Positions 23,989-37,603 of a stretch of DNA of 64,000 nucleotides are shown piece after piece. The position numbers and the translations under genes are program-made. Each line of letters starts with the position of its first letter. The first letter of the stretch is position 1. The stretch is from Octopus sinensis (taxonomy: Eukaryota): NCBI RefSeq assembly GCF_006345805.1, contig NC_042997.1, positions 203,422,001 to 203,486,000 of the forward strand, in the 5' to 3' direction. The notes below the pieces were generated by a model. That model made no database searches, was not told the origin of the DNA, and saw only the letters and a program-made list of their open reading frames with translations.

Positions 23989-25923
23989 TATATACATACA
24001 TGCATATATACATACATTCGCTCAACATATATCTGCTAACATATAGGTAATGGTCAATTTATATTTCACGTATGACATCTCTTGCATTAAATTTAAGTAA
24101 AATATTTTAATAAAAACCAAAGTGACTATATTGTTACAGAAACCATTTTTAATGATAAACTTTTCACCTCATGAAGTTTTTAATGCTCTTATGTATTAAT
24201 GTTAACATGTCTTCTCCATTATCTCTATCTCTGATCATCATACACGAGGTAACTTGCTAGAAATAATAACCAAATCTAGCTCAAATCACACCTTACTGTC
24301 AAAAGATAAGGGAAGCACACATTAGGTAATTTAGTCAGATACCCTTAATATGAAGGGATTGTCAGGATTAAATGTCACTGACCAAGGTCTGTTTGATAAG
24401 ACCTGGGACTAAACAGTATGATTAACCACAAATACCTCCACCACCACCATTATAACTTACTCCTGGATCCATCACAACTACTGCCATTACCACTGTCACA
24501 ACTACCACAATCGCAGTTACCATTACCACCACCACCACCACAACAACAACCTATCACTACCACACCAATACCATTATCACTACCATAACCACCACATCAA
24601 CACTACCACAATTACAACCACCACTACCACCACAACCACAATCATCATCACTACAGCCACAATGACCACCACCACCACCACAACTCATTAAAACATATTT
24701 TATTAATTTATTGATGTTATCTTCCATTGTCAAAACAATAGACAAAATATTATTCTCGTTATAAATTCATAAATCTTTTAGAAGAAATGTTTTTATTCTA
24801 ATCATAAATTATTTAAAAAATAAATGAAATTAGAATTAATTATAATTCATAATTTGAATTTTAAATATTTAAATTGATTTATATTTTGAAACTTGAATTT
24901 TTCCTTTCATTTGATGATTTGTTGAATTCTTACAATACTATAAAAACATGTTATTGTTAATGTTGTTAATTGGTCAACAAGTTGGTTCTGATCAAGTATG
25001 ATACTTTATCCATGATCATTCTATCTTTGTTTTTTTGTGGCTTAGGCTAATTTGGCTACTATTTTTAGTAAGTTCAGTGACTATGTAGGAGTTCCTTCAT
25101 TGACTGACATTTTAGAACTACCTATATGTAATCCCCCCTACCATCTTTCTTATCACTTTACATCACCCAATCGTCATAAAGTCTCTGCTGGCATTCCATC
25201 AGTTATGACAACAAAAGTTCCAGCTGAACTGATCAACAGAACAGCCTGCTCGTGAAATTGATGTGCTAGTAGCTGAGCACTCCACAGACAAGTATACCCT
25301 TAATGTAGATCTCAGTGAGATTCAGCATGACACAAAATGTGACAAGGTTGACCCTTTGAATTACAGGTACAACTCACTTTTGACAGCTGAGTAGACTGGA
25401 GCAATGTGAAATAAAGTGTCTTGCTCAAGAGCACAACATGCTGCAAGGAATCAAACTCATGCTGCCAGGAATCAAACTCACCAAATACCCTAACCACTAA
25501 ACCACGTGTCTTCACAAAGTTTACGTATAAGAGATTGCATGAGAGCTGCTTATTTGCATACATTCTGCCTTCACTCTGTCTACTCTTTCTATATTGCCAG
25601 TCATCACTTCCTCTCCTCCATGTTACTACTTATTGACAACTACGGCTGATTTGAATGCTAAAGGGTTAAACATAATATACCGCAACCACACATATAAAAT
25701 AGCTGTCCTATGCAGTCCTTGCACACTACACATTCCATAGTACACAATTGACAGTGGTCTAATTGATATCAATCAGAATTCTAAAGGAATTTGATTGATT
25801 ATAAAGTAAAATGGTTGATTATAAAATTCCCAACACTGATTTCCTTTGTCACCAGAATACAACTACATATTTGACACTGTATGTGTTGTTATAAAAACAC
25901 TAAGAATCATTCTGTCTCTACAG

Positions 25924-25971
25924 CCAAGTTGATGTCAGAAACATAGCTATGCTTTATTCTAGTTCGCATTG
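25924..25971 (+). other. Candidate 48-nt coding exon of an unidentified host gene
   Basis: TCTGTCTCTACAG acceptor and G|GTGAGT donor. Only one frame is open (QVDVRNIAMLYSSSH), phase 2-2. No homology recognised. Confidence 0.3.
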
Positions 25972-26684
25972 GTGAGTCTGAGTAAATTCTCGTGATTTAG
26001 TTATCCATCATCTTCACAAAATCTTCTCATACTTATGTCTTTCAAGTAGATATCAAGTCTGTTTATTTTTGTTTTTTGTTGTTTTTTTTTTGCAAAGATA
26101 AAGTAGAAATAAAAAAAAAAGTGATCTGTGACATTAATCAAATCTAATTGACATATCATCATCAACTTCATCACCTTTATTATTGTCATTGCCATCATTG
26201 TCATCCACATCACCATCACTATCATCATAAATATCACCACCACTACTACTCAACCACCACCACCTCCATCGCCATCATCACTATCATTTTAATGTCCACT
26301 TTTCCATGCTTGAATGGGTCAGGCAGTTTTCTATGGCCAGATGTCCTTCCAGTCACCAACTTTAACCTGTCTCCAAGCAATGGTATTTATTTCTCCATGA
26401 CCAGATATGTTTTCATGAAAACAAACATGATTCCACTTATATGACAGTGTCACTTGTTTACAACTGTTTTCACAGCTGGATACTCTTCCAGTCACCAACC
26501 CATACCTGTTTTCAAGTGAGGTAATATTTCCACAGGAGTAGAAATGTTTTCACGGAAGATTGGAAACAAAAGACACCACTTGTATGACAGTGATGCTCAT
26601 TTACAACTATCATGCAATGTTAAGACAAGGGGCTATTAATATACATAAATACACATACATACATACATACATAGATACATACAA

Positions 26685-27400
26685 ACTGATGAGACATGAT
26701 GTTGTAGCTAGAACACTCTATAATGAAATTTGTCAGAAGGATAACCCCAAGAACAAAGAAATAAGAACCCACAGTATAGTAGAAGCCATAGTCACTCATA
26801 ATAAAAAGGAATACTGGTAGAATGTAACAGTGATGACCTTAATAAAATGTAGACAAAAAAGACCTGATATAATGATTTGGGATGGAGAAGAGAAACTGTA
26901 CACAATTGAAGAAATTAGCTGCCCAGCAGATGTTAACATAAAGCTGAAGTCATTGGAAAAGAGAACACCTACACTGAACTATTGAGAAATCTGCAGTTAC
27001 TCTATCCAGATTACAATCAGGTTTATAGCTGTAATTATTGGGGCACTGGAATATGTAACACACTGCCTAAACACCAATCTTGAGAAATCAGTTTCTCAAA
27101 ACCAGAAATGAGAAAGCTAATTTGAAGACTACAGATCCAATCCATCACTGGAACTGTAAAAATCTGTAAAACTTTCCATTTAAATATATATAAGTATGTC
27201 TAGATATGTAACTATATGCATGAAAAGACATACTTAAAGCAAAACATACAAATCTGCACTTATGCATACATACATACAAAAATACCCTGTTGTTGATGTT
27301 GAAATTCCAATGAAGGAGCTTTGTATCTAGGTTAGAAACCAGCTCTTTCTCTCTATTGGCAAGAAATCTTGAAATAAAACTGAATAATGACATACATACA
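26685..27400 (+). mobile_element. 3' fragment of an RLE-type (R4/Dong/NeSL-like) non-LTR retrotransposon
   Basis: RHDVVARTLY, KRPDIMIWD, EISCPAD, IIGALEYV and LQIQSITGTVKICKTF, with frameshifts. 3' UTR ...GGCAAGAAATCTTGAAATAAAACTGAATAA, then (TACA)n. Confidence 0.88.
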
Positions 27401-27819
27401 TACATACATATATATATAATATATTTTGACTGAATGCTCAACAAGTGAATACAGGATCTCCTAATGACAATGTAATCTTCATACAATCAAAGTATCCTTG
27501 ACCTGAAGAGTAGCTTGCAATCTATTTGAATAATTTACTACTTTTGAGGTTTTGCTTGCTATGAAGCATATGTAGCTTGGATTTTATCAACGCCATTCCC
27601 TAGTTTTCTAATGCTTATTCACATATACAACAACCTCTGTTGCTAACTGTGAACTTTTTTCAGCTTATTGTACTTTGATATGGGAAAATTCATAACCCTC
27701 TGCACCAATAAACCACTATTATCCCTGAAAGTTGTTTTTCTATATCTTCTATGGATTGCTTGAAGCTCACTAGCTTCCTACACCTTGATCCTTGGATCTT
27801 ACCTTCATATATATACAAT

Positions 27820-28118
27820 TAAGAAAATGGAGAGATATAATGGATATAAATTAATTCTTAATTAATTAACATTGCCTACAATCATTTCAATTTACGCTCA
27901 ATACAAATTACAAAATATATATAATAAAATAATTTTGCAAGATTTTGAGTGAAACATCTTCAGGGTAAAAAGGACATTACGGAATTTACATATGAATCAT
28001 GTAAATCATTTTATTATATATATTTTGTAATTTGTATTGAGTGTAAATTGAAACGATTGTAGGCAATGTTAATTAATTAAAAATTAATTTATATTCCTTA
28101 TATCTCTCCATTTTCTTA
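27820..28118. mobile_element. Head-to-head inverted repeat (~111-bp arms) with an eroded hammerhead; Penelope-like pLTR remnant
   Basis: 27820-27930 pairs with 28008-28118 with a few mismatches. The minus strand from ~27968 to 27871 reads TTACC-CTGAAGA-TGTTTCACTCAA...TTGAGCGTAAATT-GAAA-TGATTG-TA-GGCAA. Confidence 0.65.
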
Positions 28119-28232
28119 CTTAATAATATTTTATATTTGTATAGTATATTTATTGAAGAAGTATATCTTCAAAATATAAAATATCTTGGATAAAACTATC
28201 CCTGTGAGAGGTTTATATATCCTCATAATGAC

Positions 28233-28287
<55 letters not shown>

Positions 28288-29000
28288 AAACTTTATATAT
28301 AAAGAACGTGAAATACACGAATTGACAAACACAGAAAACAGACAGTCATTCAGAGCCTTCATTCTTCAGTCAGAAACCGATTCATCATGGTAAATTTTGG
28401 CTGTTTAATTCTATACACACACACACACACGCAAATATTAAAAATGATACATTCAAGAGATACCCAAGAATTCATTAATAAACTGTCCCAATCACTGCTA
28501 TAATCCATAACAAATCACTTTTAGGTAACTTGACCATTTAACATCCTACTACTATTAAACCACCTGCATTCCCTTATTATTCTCTCTTCTCTTTTTTCTT
28601 CTTCATTTTCTTCCTCTCCACCACCTCTTTCCTTACTTTACTACTATTGCTGTTTAGAATAACACCTACGCAAATATTATAAACAATACATTAAAAAGAG
28701 ATGTCTCCAGGATTCAATCACTACTACCATCCACAACAAGTCACTTTCAGGGCACTTGACCATTTAACATCCTACTATGATCGTGGCACATTCTTCTTCT
28801 TCTCTCTCTCCTCCTCCTTCTTCTTCTTCTTCTTCTTCTTCTCTGCCAAGAATTCACAACAACCTTGAACCCACAAGAGCAAACAAGAGAGACAGAGACA
28901 GGCAGAAACAAGGAAAACACCCCTTGTATTTGAATACTATGCAAATATTCTTTTAAAAAAGTTTTCTTTTAATTTTTCCAAAATTTAATTATTTTCCATA

Positions 29001-29043
29001 CTTACAGGTGAAAAAGTCTCAATGACTGAAACCGGTACGGAAA
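29001..29043 (+). ncRNA. Eroded minimal type I hammerhead-like motif
   Basis: TTACAG-GTGAAAA-AGTC-TCAAT-GACT-GAAA-CCGG-TA-CGGAAA. Stem II is perfect, stem III is palindromic and the triplet is GUA, but CTGAAGA is altered to GTGAAAA and stem I is mismatched. Confidence 0.5.
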
Positions 29044-29099
29044 TGTTTTTTATAAAATTATTTTAGCATTTTCTACCTTGGCTTTTTCCATATATATAT

Positions 29100-29301
29100 T
29101 TAAAATTATAATTTAGGGTATCTAAGAGATACCACCATACTGGAAATAGCAGCCAAAACTTGACTCTAAAACCACATTAAATGTTCATACTGCACCAGTA
29201 GAGTGGTGCTGTATGAACATTTAATGTGGTTTTAGAGTCAAGTTTTGGGTGCTATTTCCAGCGTGGTGGGGTCTTTTAGATACTCTAAATTATAATTTTA
29301 A
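29100..29301. repeat. Near-perfect palindrome: 98-bp arms, 6-nt spacer
   Basis: 29100-29197 pairs with 29204-29301; spacer GTAGAG. Confidence 0.92.
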
Positions 29302-29421
29302 TAATAATTATTACCTTTGAAGGTTTTTATTCCCATGCTGGCCACTTGATAAGATCGATATTTAAATTAACAATTTTATCCTTATTTATATAAATTTATA
29401 TATATATATATATATATAAAC

Positions 29422-29454
<33 letters not shown>

Positions 29455-29461
29455 ATACATA

Positions 29462-29495
<34 letters not shown>

Positions 29496-29924
29496 CACAT
29501 ATATATATATATATATTCTTTTATTCTTTGGCAGGGGAACAAACACAGACACACACACACACACACATAAATACATATAAACAATGGGCTTCTTTCAGTT
29601 TCTATCTACCAAATCCACTCACAAGCCTGAGGCTGTAGTAGAAGACACTTGTCTAAGGTGCCACACAGTGGGACTGAACCCAGAACCATGTGGTTGGGAA
29701 GCAAGCTTCTTACCACACAGCCATGCCTGTATTATATATTTAATGTAGTCATTGGTTATGGCTGGTCAGGAAGTTACAGTTGGTTTTACATCTATTATGC
29801 TCTCTTAGCAATATAGGTGACTCCTAAGCGCATAACTGGTGTGAAATCAATGGTAACTTCCTGACCAGCCATAAGCAACATACAGTGTCAAGAAATCTTC
29901 TTTTATCTTTTACTTGTTTCAATC

Positions 29925-30260
29925 ATTAGACTGCAACCATGCTGGGGCACCACCTTGAAGAATTGACCACAGTATTTCTTCTTTAAGCCTGGTACTTATT
30001 CTATCCATCTCCTTTACCAAACCATTAAGTTATGGGTATGTAAACACACCAACACTGGTTGTTCAACAGTAGTGGGGAACAAACACAAAAACACACACAC
30101 ATATAAGACAGGCTTCTTTCAGTTTCCGCCTGCCAAATCATAAAGTTTTGGTCAGACCAAGACTATAGTTAGAAGACACTTACCCAAGGTGCCACTCAGT
30201 GGGACTGAGCCCGGAACAATGTGATTGGGAAGCAAGTTTCTTACCACTCAGCCATGCCTG
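29925..30260 (-). mobile_element. OK-like SINE copy (another partial copy at ~29530-29729)
   Basis: Reverse complement of the 2968-4228 family head and tail. Confidence 0.8.
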
Positions 30261-31629
30261 TTAACACTAATGGACTCAGTTTCTTGCTTACCCTGCTATT
30301 TCATAAGCTTTCCTTATATTTCTAAAAGATCCTCAGTTTCTCTGAACTAAATATCCCTGTACTTCCTCTATTTGATATATTGTCCCTCCTCTTCCAATAA
30401 TCCCAACTGAATCATGACCTCATCTGACTATCCACTGGATCATATTGCCCATTCTATTTTCCCAAGATTATACACAATGGATTAACAGAGTTGTTGGGGA
30501 GTTGAACAAAATACCATGTGGTATTTAGTTGCAGCCTTTATATTCAGAGCTCAAATCCCATCAAGGTCAACTTTGTCTTTCATCTTTGCAGAAGTTGATA
30601 AAATAAGATACCAGTCAACTGCTAGAGTCCATTTAATATTCTAATGAATCATGCTAGGTGTGAATAGAACTATAATCAAAGAAGTTTAAAACCATACTTA
30701 TACACAAGTACCTCCAGGACTTTGTGACCCACAACATTATTCTAACATGCTGCTAAGTGCAATACTTTATCCAACTTACAACAGTCTAATCTGAACATTA
30801 ATTATAATTACCTCATTATTTCAAATCACCAGGTTTAATGAGTGCAGCTGCCAAGAACTTTTCTTGAGATTAACAATCACAAGTACCAAGATTAAAACCT
30901 TTCATATAAACAATGATTGTTTATAAATAGCCTCTCACTTCCGTCTTCATAATGTGTATCCTACTTAGGTGACAGAATAATTCTATAACCGCATAGAATG
31001 GCCATATTAAACTCTATTTATTTATTTATTCATTCATTCATTCATTAATCCATTCATTCATTCATTCATTCATTCCTGTTATTTATTTTATTTTTTTATA
31101 TTCAAGATATGAAAAACTTTATAAAAATATAAAAATAAATATTGTAAATAAATAAAATAAATATATAAAGGTAAAAATAGGTGTGGCTAAGAGGCTTTTC
31201 TTGCAATTATGTGGTTTCAGGTTCAGCCCCACCATATGATACTGAAGTTAAATGTCTTCTATGATAACCCCAAGTCAACCAATGCCTTGTGACTGAAATT
31301 AGTAGATGGAAATTGCAAGAAAGCTCATTATATTCACTTGCTTTATAAATTAAAGTTCGTTTTTCCATGCTAGCATGGTTTAGACTTATATATATAAAAA
31401 TTACATGGACAATATAACATATGGAAAATTGAAACTAAATACCCCCTGTGCTCATCTGTACAACCAGTTCAGAGGGGGCACCCCTCAAACCACACCACAT
31501 AACACTATGGAGGAGAAGGAAGTACAGTACCCCTCCTCAAAGAATAAAAAAAATAGAAAAAAGTTTTAGCTGGAGGCTGGTGCTCAACCACCATCTCAAA
31601 GTAAACCTTTTCTTATGTACTTGTTCAAT

Positions 31630-34600
31630 GTAGATTGTATAAATGTACGTGGCCTGGGGTTGGATTAGAAGCAAAGCTACCTCCTTGAAGACCTCAGGTT
31701 GCATAGATTGGATTTAATAGTCACTACAGAAACCAGACTGAATGAACTGCAGGCTTTTTCTCCCCTCCTAAATAGTTATGAGGAATTTATTTCTGCATGT
31801 TAACCTGGAGTTGGAGGTGGAGTCACAATTCTACTCAGAAAAAATCTGGATTTAGAGGCAAGAACTGTCTTTGTAGACCAGGGGGAAGGTTGGTCATCTT
31901 AGATGTGACGTACAACAGTGGTAAGTCCTTCAGGTTGGTGGGTACCTATGCATCTTGCAGAACTGGGCAGCCTGACTATTTCAGAAGGCTAGAGAATTTT
32001 CTAGGAACATCACATACTTTAGTGTTGTTAGGAGACTTTAACACAATCTGCAATGCACGTGTAGATTATGTTGGCTCAAACCCAGATAGAAGGGGAAACC
32101 TTTACTTCAGCGAAATCATTTTCAGCTGGCAAACCGATACAGACTGGATCACCCAGACGTTCCATTCTGGATATGGGTGAGTAACAATGGATCTTCCAGA
32201 TCTTATCTAGATAGGATTATTGTTAGAATTAAAGATAAGAACATAGCTAGTCGTCCACAACATCATATTGTCAACTAAAGTGATCAAAATTTGTGACTGG
32301 TAGGTTTGAATTAGTATGTGTAGTCAGGGACCTGGTTACTGGAAACTAAACAGGTCACTTTTGGCCTGTGTAGCCTACAGGAACCGGATTAGGCAGTTAG
32401 TGATGGGGGCATTATCAGGTACCATTATTAACAACAAATGGTGGTATGCCCTCAAAAGAGTCATTAAATTTGAGTCAATTAGATTTAATAAGGAGTTTGT
32501 TAGTAATAGAAATAGAATAGAAAGGGCTTTAGTTAAGGCTCTAGAAGAGACAATGGGGTCAGGCTCTGCCTCCAGAGTCTTAGCTGCGAGGCTCTTACTC
32601 AACCAACATCTCAAAGCTAAATATGAAGGGAGCATTGTCAGGGCTAAGTTATGTGCAATGGGACAAGAGGGAATCAACATCACCGGACAGGTTCACATAG
32701 TAGAGAGCTAATGCAGTAATAATGCAACAATAAGGTCTTTGATGGACCAACACGAACATTCAGTAAACGAACTCGAGGAGATGTGCAAGGTGTTTCACGA
32801 GCATTTCATCCAGCTTTTCAGGATGGGTGTTGGGCTGGAGCATAGGGAGAACCTCACAGACATCCTCGCTGGTTTGCTGCATGTCTTGAGATGGAAAGGA
32901 GAATGCTGTGAAGGGCTGATCATAGCTGCAGAGGTGGAGGAGGCATTGTTGAACTGCAGCAGGAACAAGTCAGCAGGACTAGATAGTCTCCCCTACGAAC
33001 TGTATTATAGTATACCAGAGCTGAATATTTTGGCCAAGATGTTAGCAAAAAGGTTGGCACAGGTCAGAGGTAAACTTGTTGGGGAGGCACAAATCTGCAC
33101 TGTCTTTCATGACAATCTCCATCTTATCCGCTACACCTTAGAGAGGGTGAATAGAATTCCTGGCAAGGGTGGGGCTATGGCCCATTTAGACCAATCCAAA
33201 GCATTTGATAGGGTTGACCATCAGTATTTGGTGGCAGTCCTTGCGGCAACCAGGTTTGGCCTGACCTTCATGAGTGAATCACTGCTTCATATAGCAACAT
33301 CGATTCAATCGTTCAGGTGAACAGTTTCTTTTCAGAACTATTCGACATTGAGCATTTCATTCGTCAAGAATGTTCTCTCTCCCTGCTTCTGTATGTTTTG
33401 ACCCTTGAGCCATCGGTACAGAAGTTGGAGGCTATGAGACGCATCTCATGAGATCTAGGGTGTGGAAAATCAGTTTCAGTGTATGCAGACGACATCACTA
33501 TCATTATATCCCGGGTCAAACACCTACAGTAGGTAGGTAAGGCCATAAGAAATTACAAAGCGGTGGCAGGGGCAAAATTGAACTGGGATAAGTCGGTTGG
33601 CTTGCAACTCAGCACCTGGAGGGACAAGTCGATGCCACCCAACATCATGGGACGTTGGACAAATGGACTGGTTAAAATGCTAGGAGTCTGCTTTGGTCTG
33701 GACCTCCAGATAGAAAAGAACTAGAGTGAGGTGGTGAGCAGGGTGGCTCTCCTAACTCAGACCTGGACTGAGCAGAAGTTATCCCCGAAAGGGAGGGCAG
33801 AGGTTGAAGGTGTGTTTATTGCATCTGGAATTTCCTGCCACCTGACCATCGTGCCTTGCCCAGATTTGTGACTGAACAAGTTGGAATGCATGCTCTTCTG
33901 CTTTTTGTAGAGGAGCAAGAGACCTGTTTTAAGGTGCTCTATTTGCTGCCAACAACCACTGAATAGTGGGCTAGGAATGCACAGGCATGCACTGAGGCTG
34001 AGGCATCTCAGGCTCTACCTGGATGGTAAGTAGGTGTGGTCTCTGTTTGTCAGACTGTTGCTTTCACGGTTCACCTCTTTTAGTGAACTGAACCTGTGGA
34101 TTAAGTGTAGACTGAAGTTGGGTGTTTGGCAAGCAGAGTGCTATCAGGCATTCATGCTCCTCTCCCAGGCAGGCAACACTGGCGGCTGGAGTTCCACCTC
34201 ATTGTTTTATAGAGGGTTGGTATCAAGTGTGATGATGCCCTAGGAGAAACTCTGGGCTTCGATTACAGTCAACTTGCTGGCCTGTACCAGAGAACATTTG
34301 AGCCAGGGCCTATGGATAATTACTAGATGTCCCTGGCATGGCAGTGTTACCGAGGAGCCATACCTGTTCGAGATAAACTCTACAGACATAGTTCTTCATC
34401 CATGCCAACATGCCCAAGATGTGGGCAGAACAGTGAAACTGTTCTGCACACAAAAGTGTCCGAAGATTTCAGAGCTATGCGTTTATGTCGAGCAACTGTT
34501 GTCATGTCTGAGAAGAGTACAACTGTCATCCATCTATAATTAAGATTGTTCCACTGACTTCTCTGAACAGGGAAGAGTAGGCTTGTTTCCTCAGAGTAGT

Positions 34601-35007
34601 GGCTATCCTGAAGGAGGTAGTATGGAAGATGCGAGTGAAAGGAATTGTGATGGGCATCTTCATCTCCAGCCTTGGGTTGTTTAACTTTTTCCTTTTCCAC
34701 CTGAAAAGGAAAATAAGGCTGGAGAGGAGATGCTTGTCGCAAAGGGCATTCAAGAAAAGATGGAACATTGTTGCAAGCATGCTGAGAGTGAATGAACCTA
34801 CTTGAGTGAGAACAAAAAGAAAAAAAACAATTTCAGTGTTGGTATATGGTGTGTGGGGTTTGCCACATCCCTCACTCCATTCGGTTTTAATCCACTCGAA
34901 TTTAATATTTTTCACTTATTCTTAACTATATGTCTAACTTCAGGTTGTTGATCATTCTCTCTCTGTAACGTCCCCTCTTTGTGTAGACCAACTTGGTTAA
35001 ATAAAAG
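31630..35007 (+). mobile_element. Degenerate L1/Tx1-like LINE ORF2 (APE endonuclease, RT, C-terminal Cys-His motif)
   Basis: CINVRGLG, LVLLGDFNT, SYLDRI, GPGYWKLN, GLDSLPYELY, LDQSKAFDRVDH, YADDIT, GAKLNWDKS and TCPRCGQNSETVLH. Many stops and deletions; AATAAA at ~35000. Confidence 0.92.
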
Positions 35008-36512
35008 TTCAGTTTAAACTTATATATTATTGAGGTATTGCTTTACTTCTAGAGGTCTTCCTGTTGCTAACCCTTATCTGTCTTCCAAGTGAAGTAATAT
35101 TTCCAAATGGCCAGACATGTTTCCATGGGCAATTGGAGACAAATATCACCATGAATCTTGTTGCAACTATCATGTAATATCAAGACAATAAGACACAAAC
35201 ACATACATGTACATGCACACAAGCATATACAACAGGCTTTTTTCAGTTTTCATCAACCAAATCAAATCACAAAGTTTTGGTCAACTTCAGACTATAATAA
35301 AATCCACTTGCCCAAAATGCAACACAGTGGAATCAAACGCGAAATCAAGTGATTTGGAATGTGTATGTGCGTGTATTTATGTGAACATGTGTATAAGTAA
35401 ATTTCATTTCAGGATGTTCTCATTTGCTCTGTTTAAACAAAATATGGTGATATTGTTTACTTTCCTCTGCACAAGGAATGAAAAATACCATGGTTTAAAA
35501 GAGGGTCAACAACTGAAAGAGAATCCAGCGATAGAAGATCAGCCTCAATATATTTTCATTCAACCCATGCCAGCTTAGAATATCAGGTGTGAAAACGATG
35601 ATGAGAATGATTTTTGTGAGTCACCTGACCTTCTTTTGTTCAGGCAATGACAGATCATCTATATAGTCACTAAATCTGCTAGGAGTAGCAACCAAATCTC
35701 CCTTTAAATAACACCTTTCCATTTTGAAAAAAAAAAAAATGGAAAGACACATTTGATAAGGTAGTCCTAGATACACTGCCTGAAAAAGACAGGAATGGTC
35801 ATTGCTGAAATGCTTTTGATAATAGATCTGCTTGATTTGGAGTTGACCTAGGGCTAACCAACAACAACAATATTCTTTTGTTATGTGATATTATAAAGTC
35901 AGGAAAGATTTTACACAGATATTACTTTAGATAGCATGAGCTTGTTGCTTAAATACTTCAAGGTAATCTATCAACTAGAAAGTCACTACACTGACACTTG
36001 GCCTGCTAGACATGACAGCCCAATATCCTGCAGACTACACTGAACTATTTTCAAAAAGGGAAAGGGAAGATACATTAAATATTGTAGATCTAGATGCAAA
36101 TGCCTAATGATGGCATGAGAAGGCCATGGATTGAAGGCTTTTGATGATATATCTGCATTGTCATGACTGATCTAAAACTAAACAAAATCCCCCAAATAAT
36201 TATTAAGTCCAGTGGAGGAAGGGGCAGTGTGCATGATCTTTGAATGCCCTCCTAGATTGAAGATTTTGCCATTTAATCTACCTCTTGAATCTTTGTAAGG
36301 TAGCACTTGCAGGAAAGATTTGAGGAAGAAGAGAATTCCATAAGGTCAACATTCGGGGAAGGACAGACTGGGTATAGTGACAATTGATTGCCCTAAGAGG
36401 AGAGGTTGAACACAAGAGTAACGAGATGAAGAATAGAAATAGAAATAGCAACCAAGTTCCCCTTCAAATCACATCCTACTTATCTCAGGAAAGAAAAATA
36501 TGTTATAGGTAT

Positions 36513-36948
36513 AGGAGTGGCTGTGTTTTAAGTAGCTTGCTTACCAACCACATGGTTCCAAGTTCAGTCCCACTGTGTGGCATCGTGGGCAAATGTCTCC
36601 TGCTATAGCTTTGGGCTGACCAAAGCCTTGTGAGTGGATTTGGTAGATGGAGACTGAAAGAAGCCCATCATGTGTGTGTGTGTGTGTGTGTGTATGTGTG
36701 CGTGCATGCGCGTGCATGTGTGTGTGTGTGTGTATGTGTGTGTACGTTTGTGTGTCTGTGGTTATCCCCTCGCCATCACTTGACAACCAATGCTAGTGTG
36801 TTTACATCTCCGTAACTTAGCAGTTCAGCAAAAGAGACTGATAGAATAAGCACTAGGCTTACAAAGAATAAGTCCTGGGGCTGATTTGTTCAACTAAAGG
36901 CAGTGCTCCAGCATGGCCACAATCAAATGACTGAAACAAGCAAAAGAG
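36513..36948 (+). mobile_element. OK-like SINE copy
   Basis: Full head, TG tract and tail, as in the 2968-4228 family. Confidence 0.85.
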
Positions 36949-37550
36949 TAGATAATATGGTTCTAGGAGTACAATGCCAAGGAAAAAGATGGGATGGTCA
37001 CAGGTAGAATGTCTTTGATCATGGAACTGCACAACCAGGACTGACCTGGGACTGAAGAACAACAAAGTAGTGCTCCTTTCCTGTTATCCCAACCTCTCCA
37101 CAGTTGTGGAAACTTCACAATGAATGTGAAACTCAATAACAAGAGAACCACCATTGCTCATTTTGTTAGATATAGCAGTTAAACCTCCTAAAATCACACC
37201 TTATTATGTGTGTACTGTGTGATGCCTATCCAAGGAAGATGGTAAATAATTTTTTTCATAATTTAGGGCTCCTATCTGTCACTGTTCACTATACATATAC
37301 AAGCTCTGATTAGGGTTTTTTGAGGAAAAAATGTCCATGTTTATCAAAGGGAAAAGCTGCTGACTTAGGTCGATACAGTTTGGTGCCATTGTCATTAAAG
37401 GCATTGCTGTCAAAGAACAGTCAGAACAGATAATGCAAGGCATCGTTTTCAACCCTCTAAACATCATCATCACCACCACACCACCACCATCAGCAGCATC
37501 ATCTTCATCATCATAGTTGTCATCATCATTGTCTTAGTCCTCCTCCATAT

Positions 37551-37603
<53 letters not shown>

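Noticed and set aside
20057-24046. Many long ORFs rich in I/Y/M/C/V/H (also at 45437-45882 and 61650-62135)
   Set aside because: They are translations of (TA)n, (TATG)n and (CA)n microsatellites, which lack stop codons in some frames.
27495-27545. CTGAAGA-GTAG...CTAT-TT-GAAT motif
   Set aside because: GAAA is absent, the register is off by two and there is no stem I complement.
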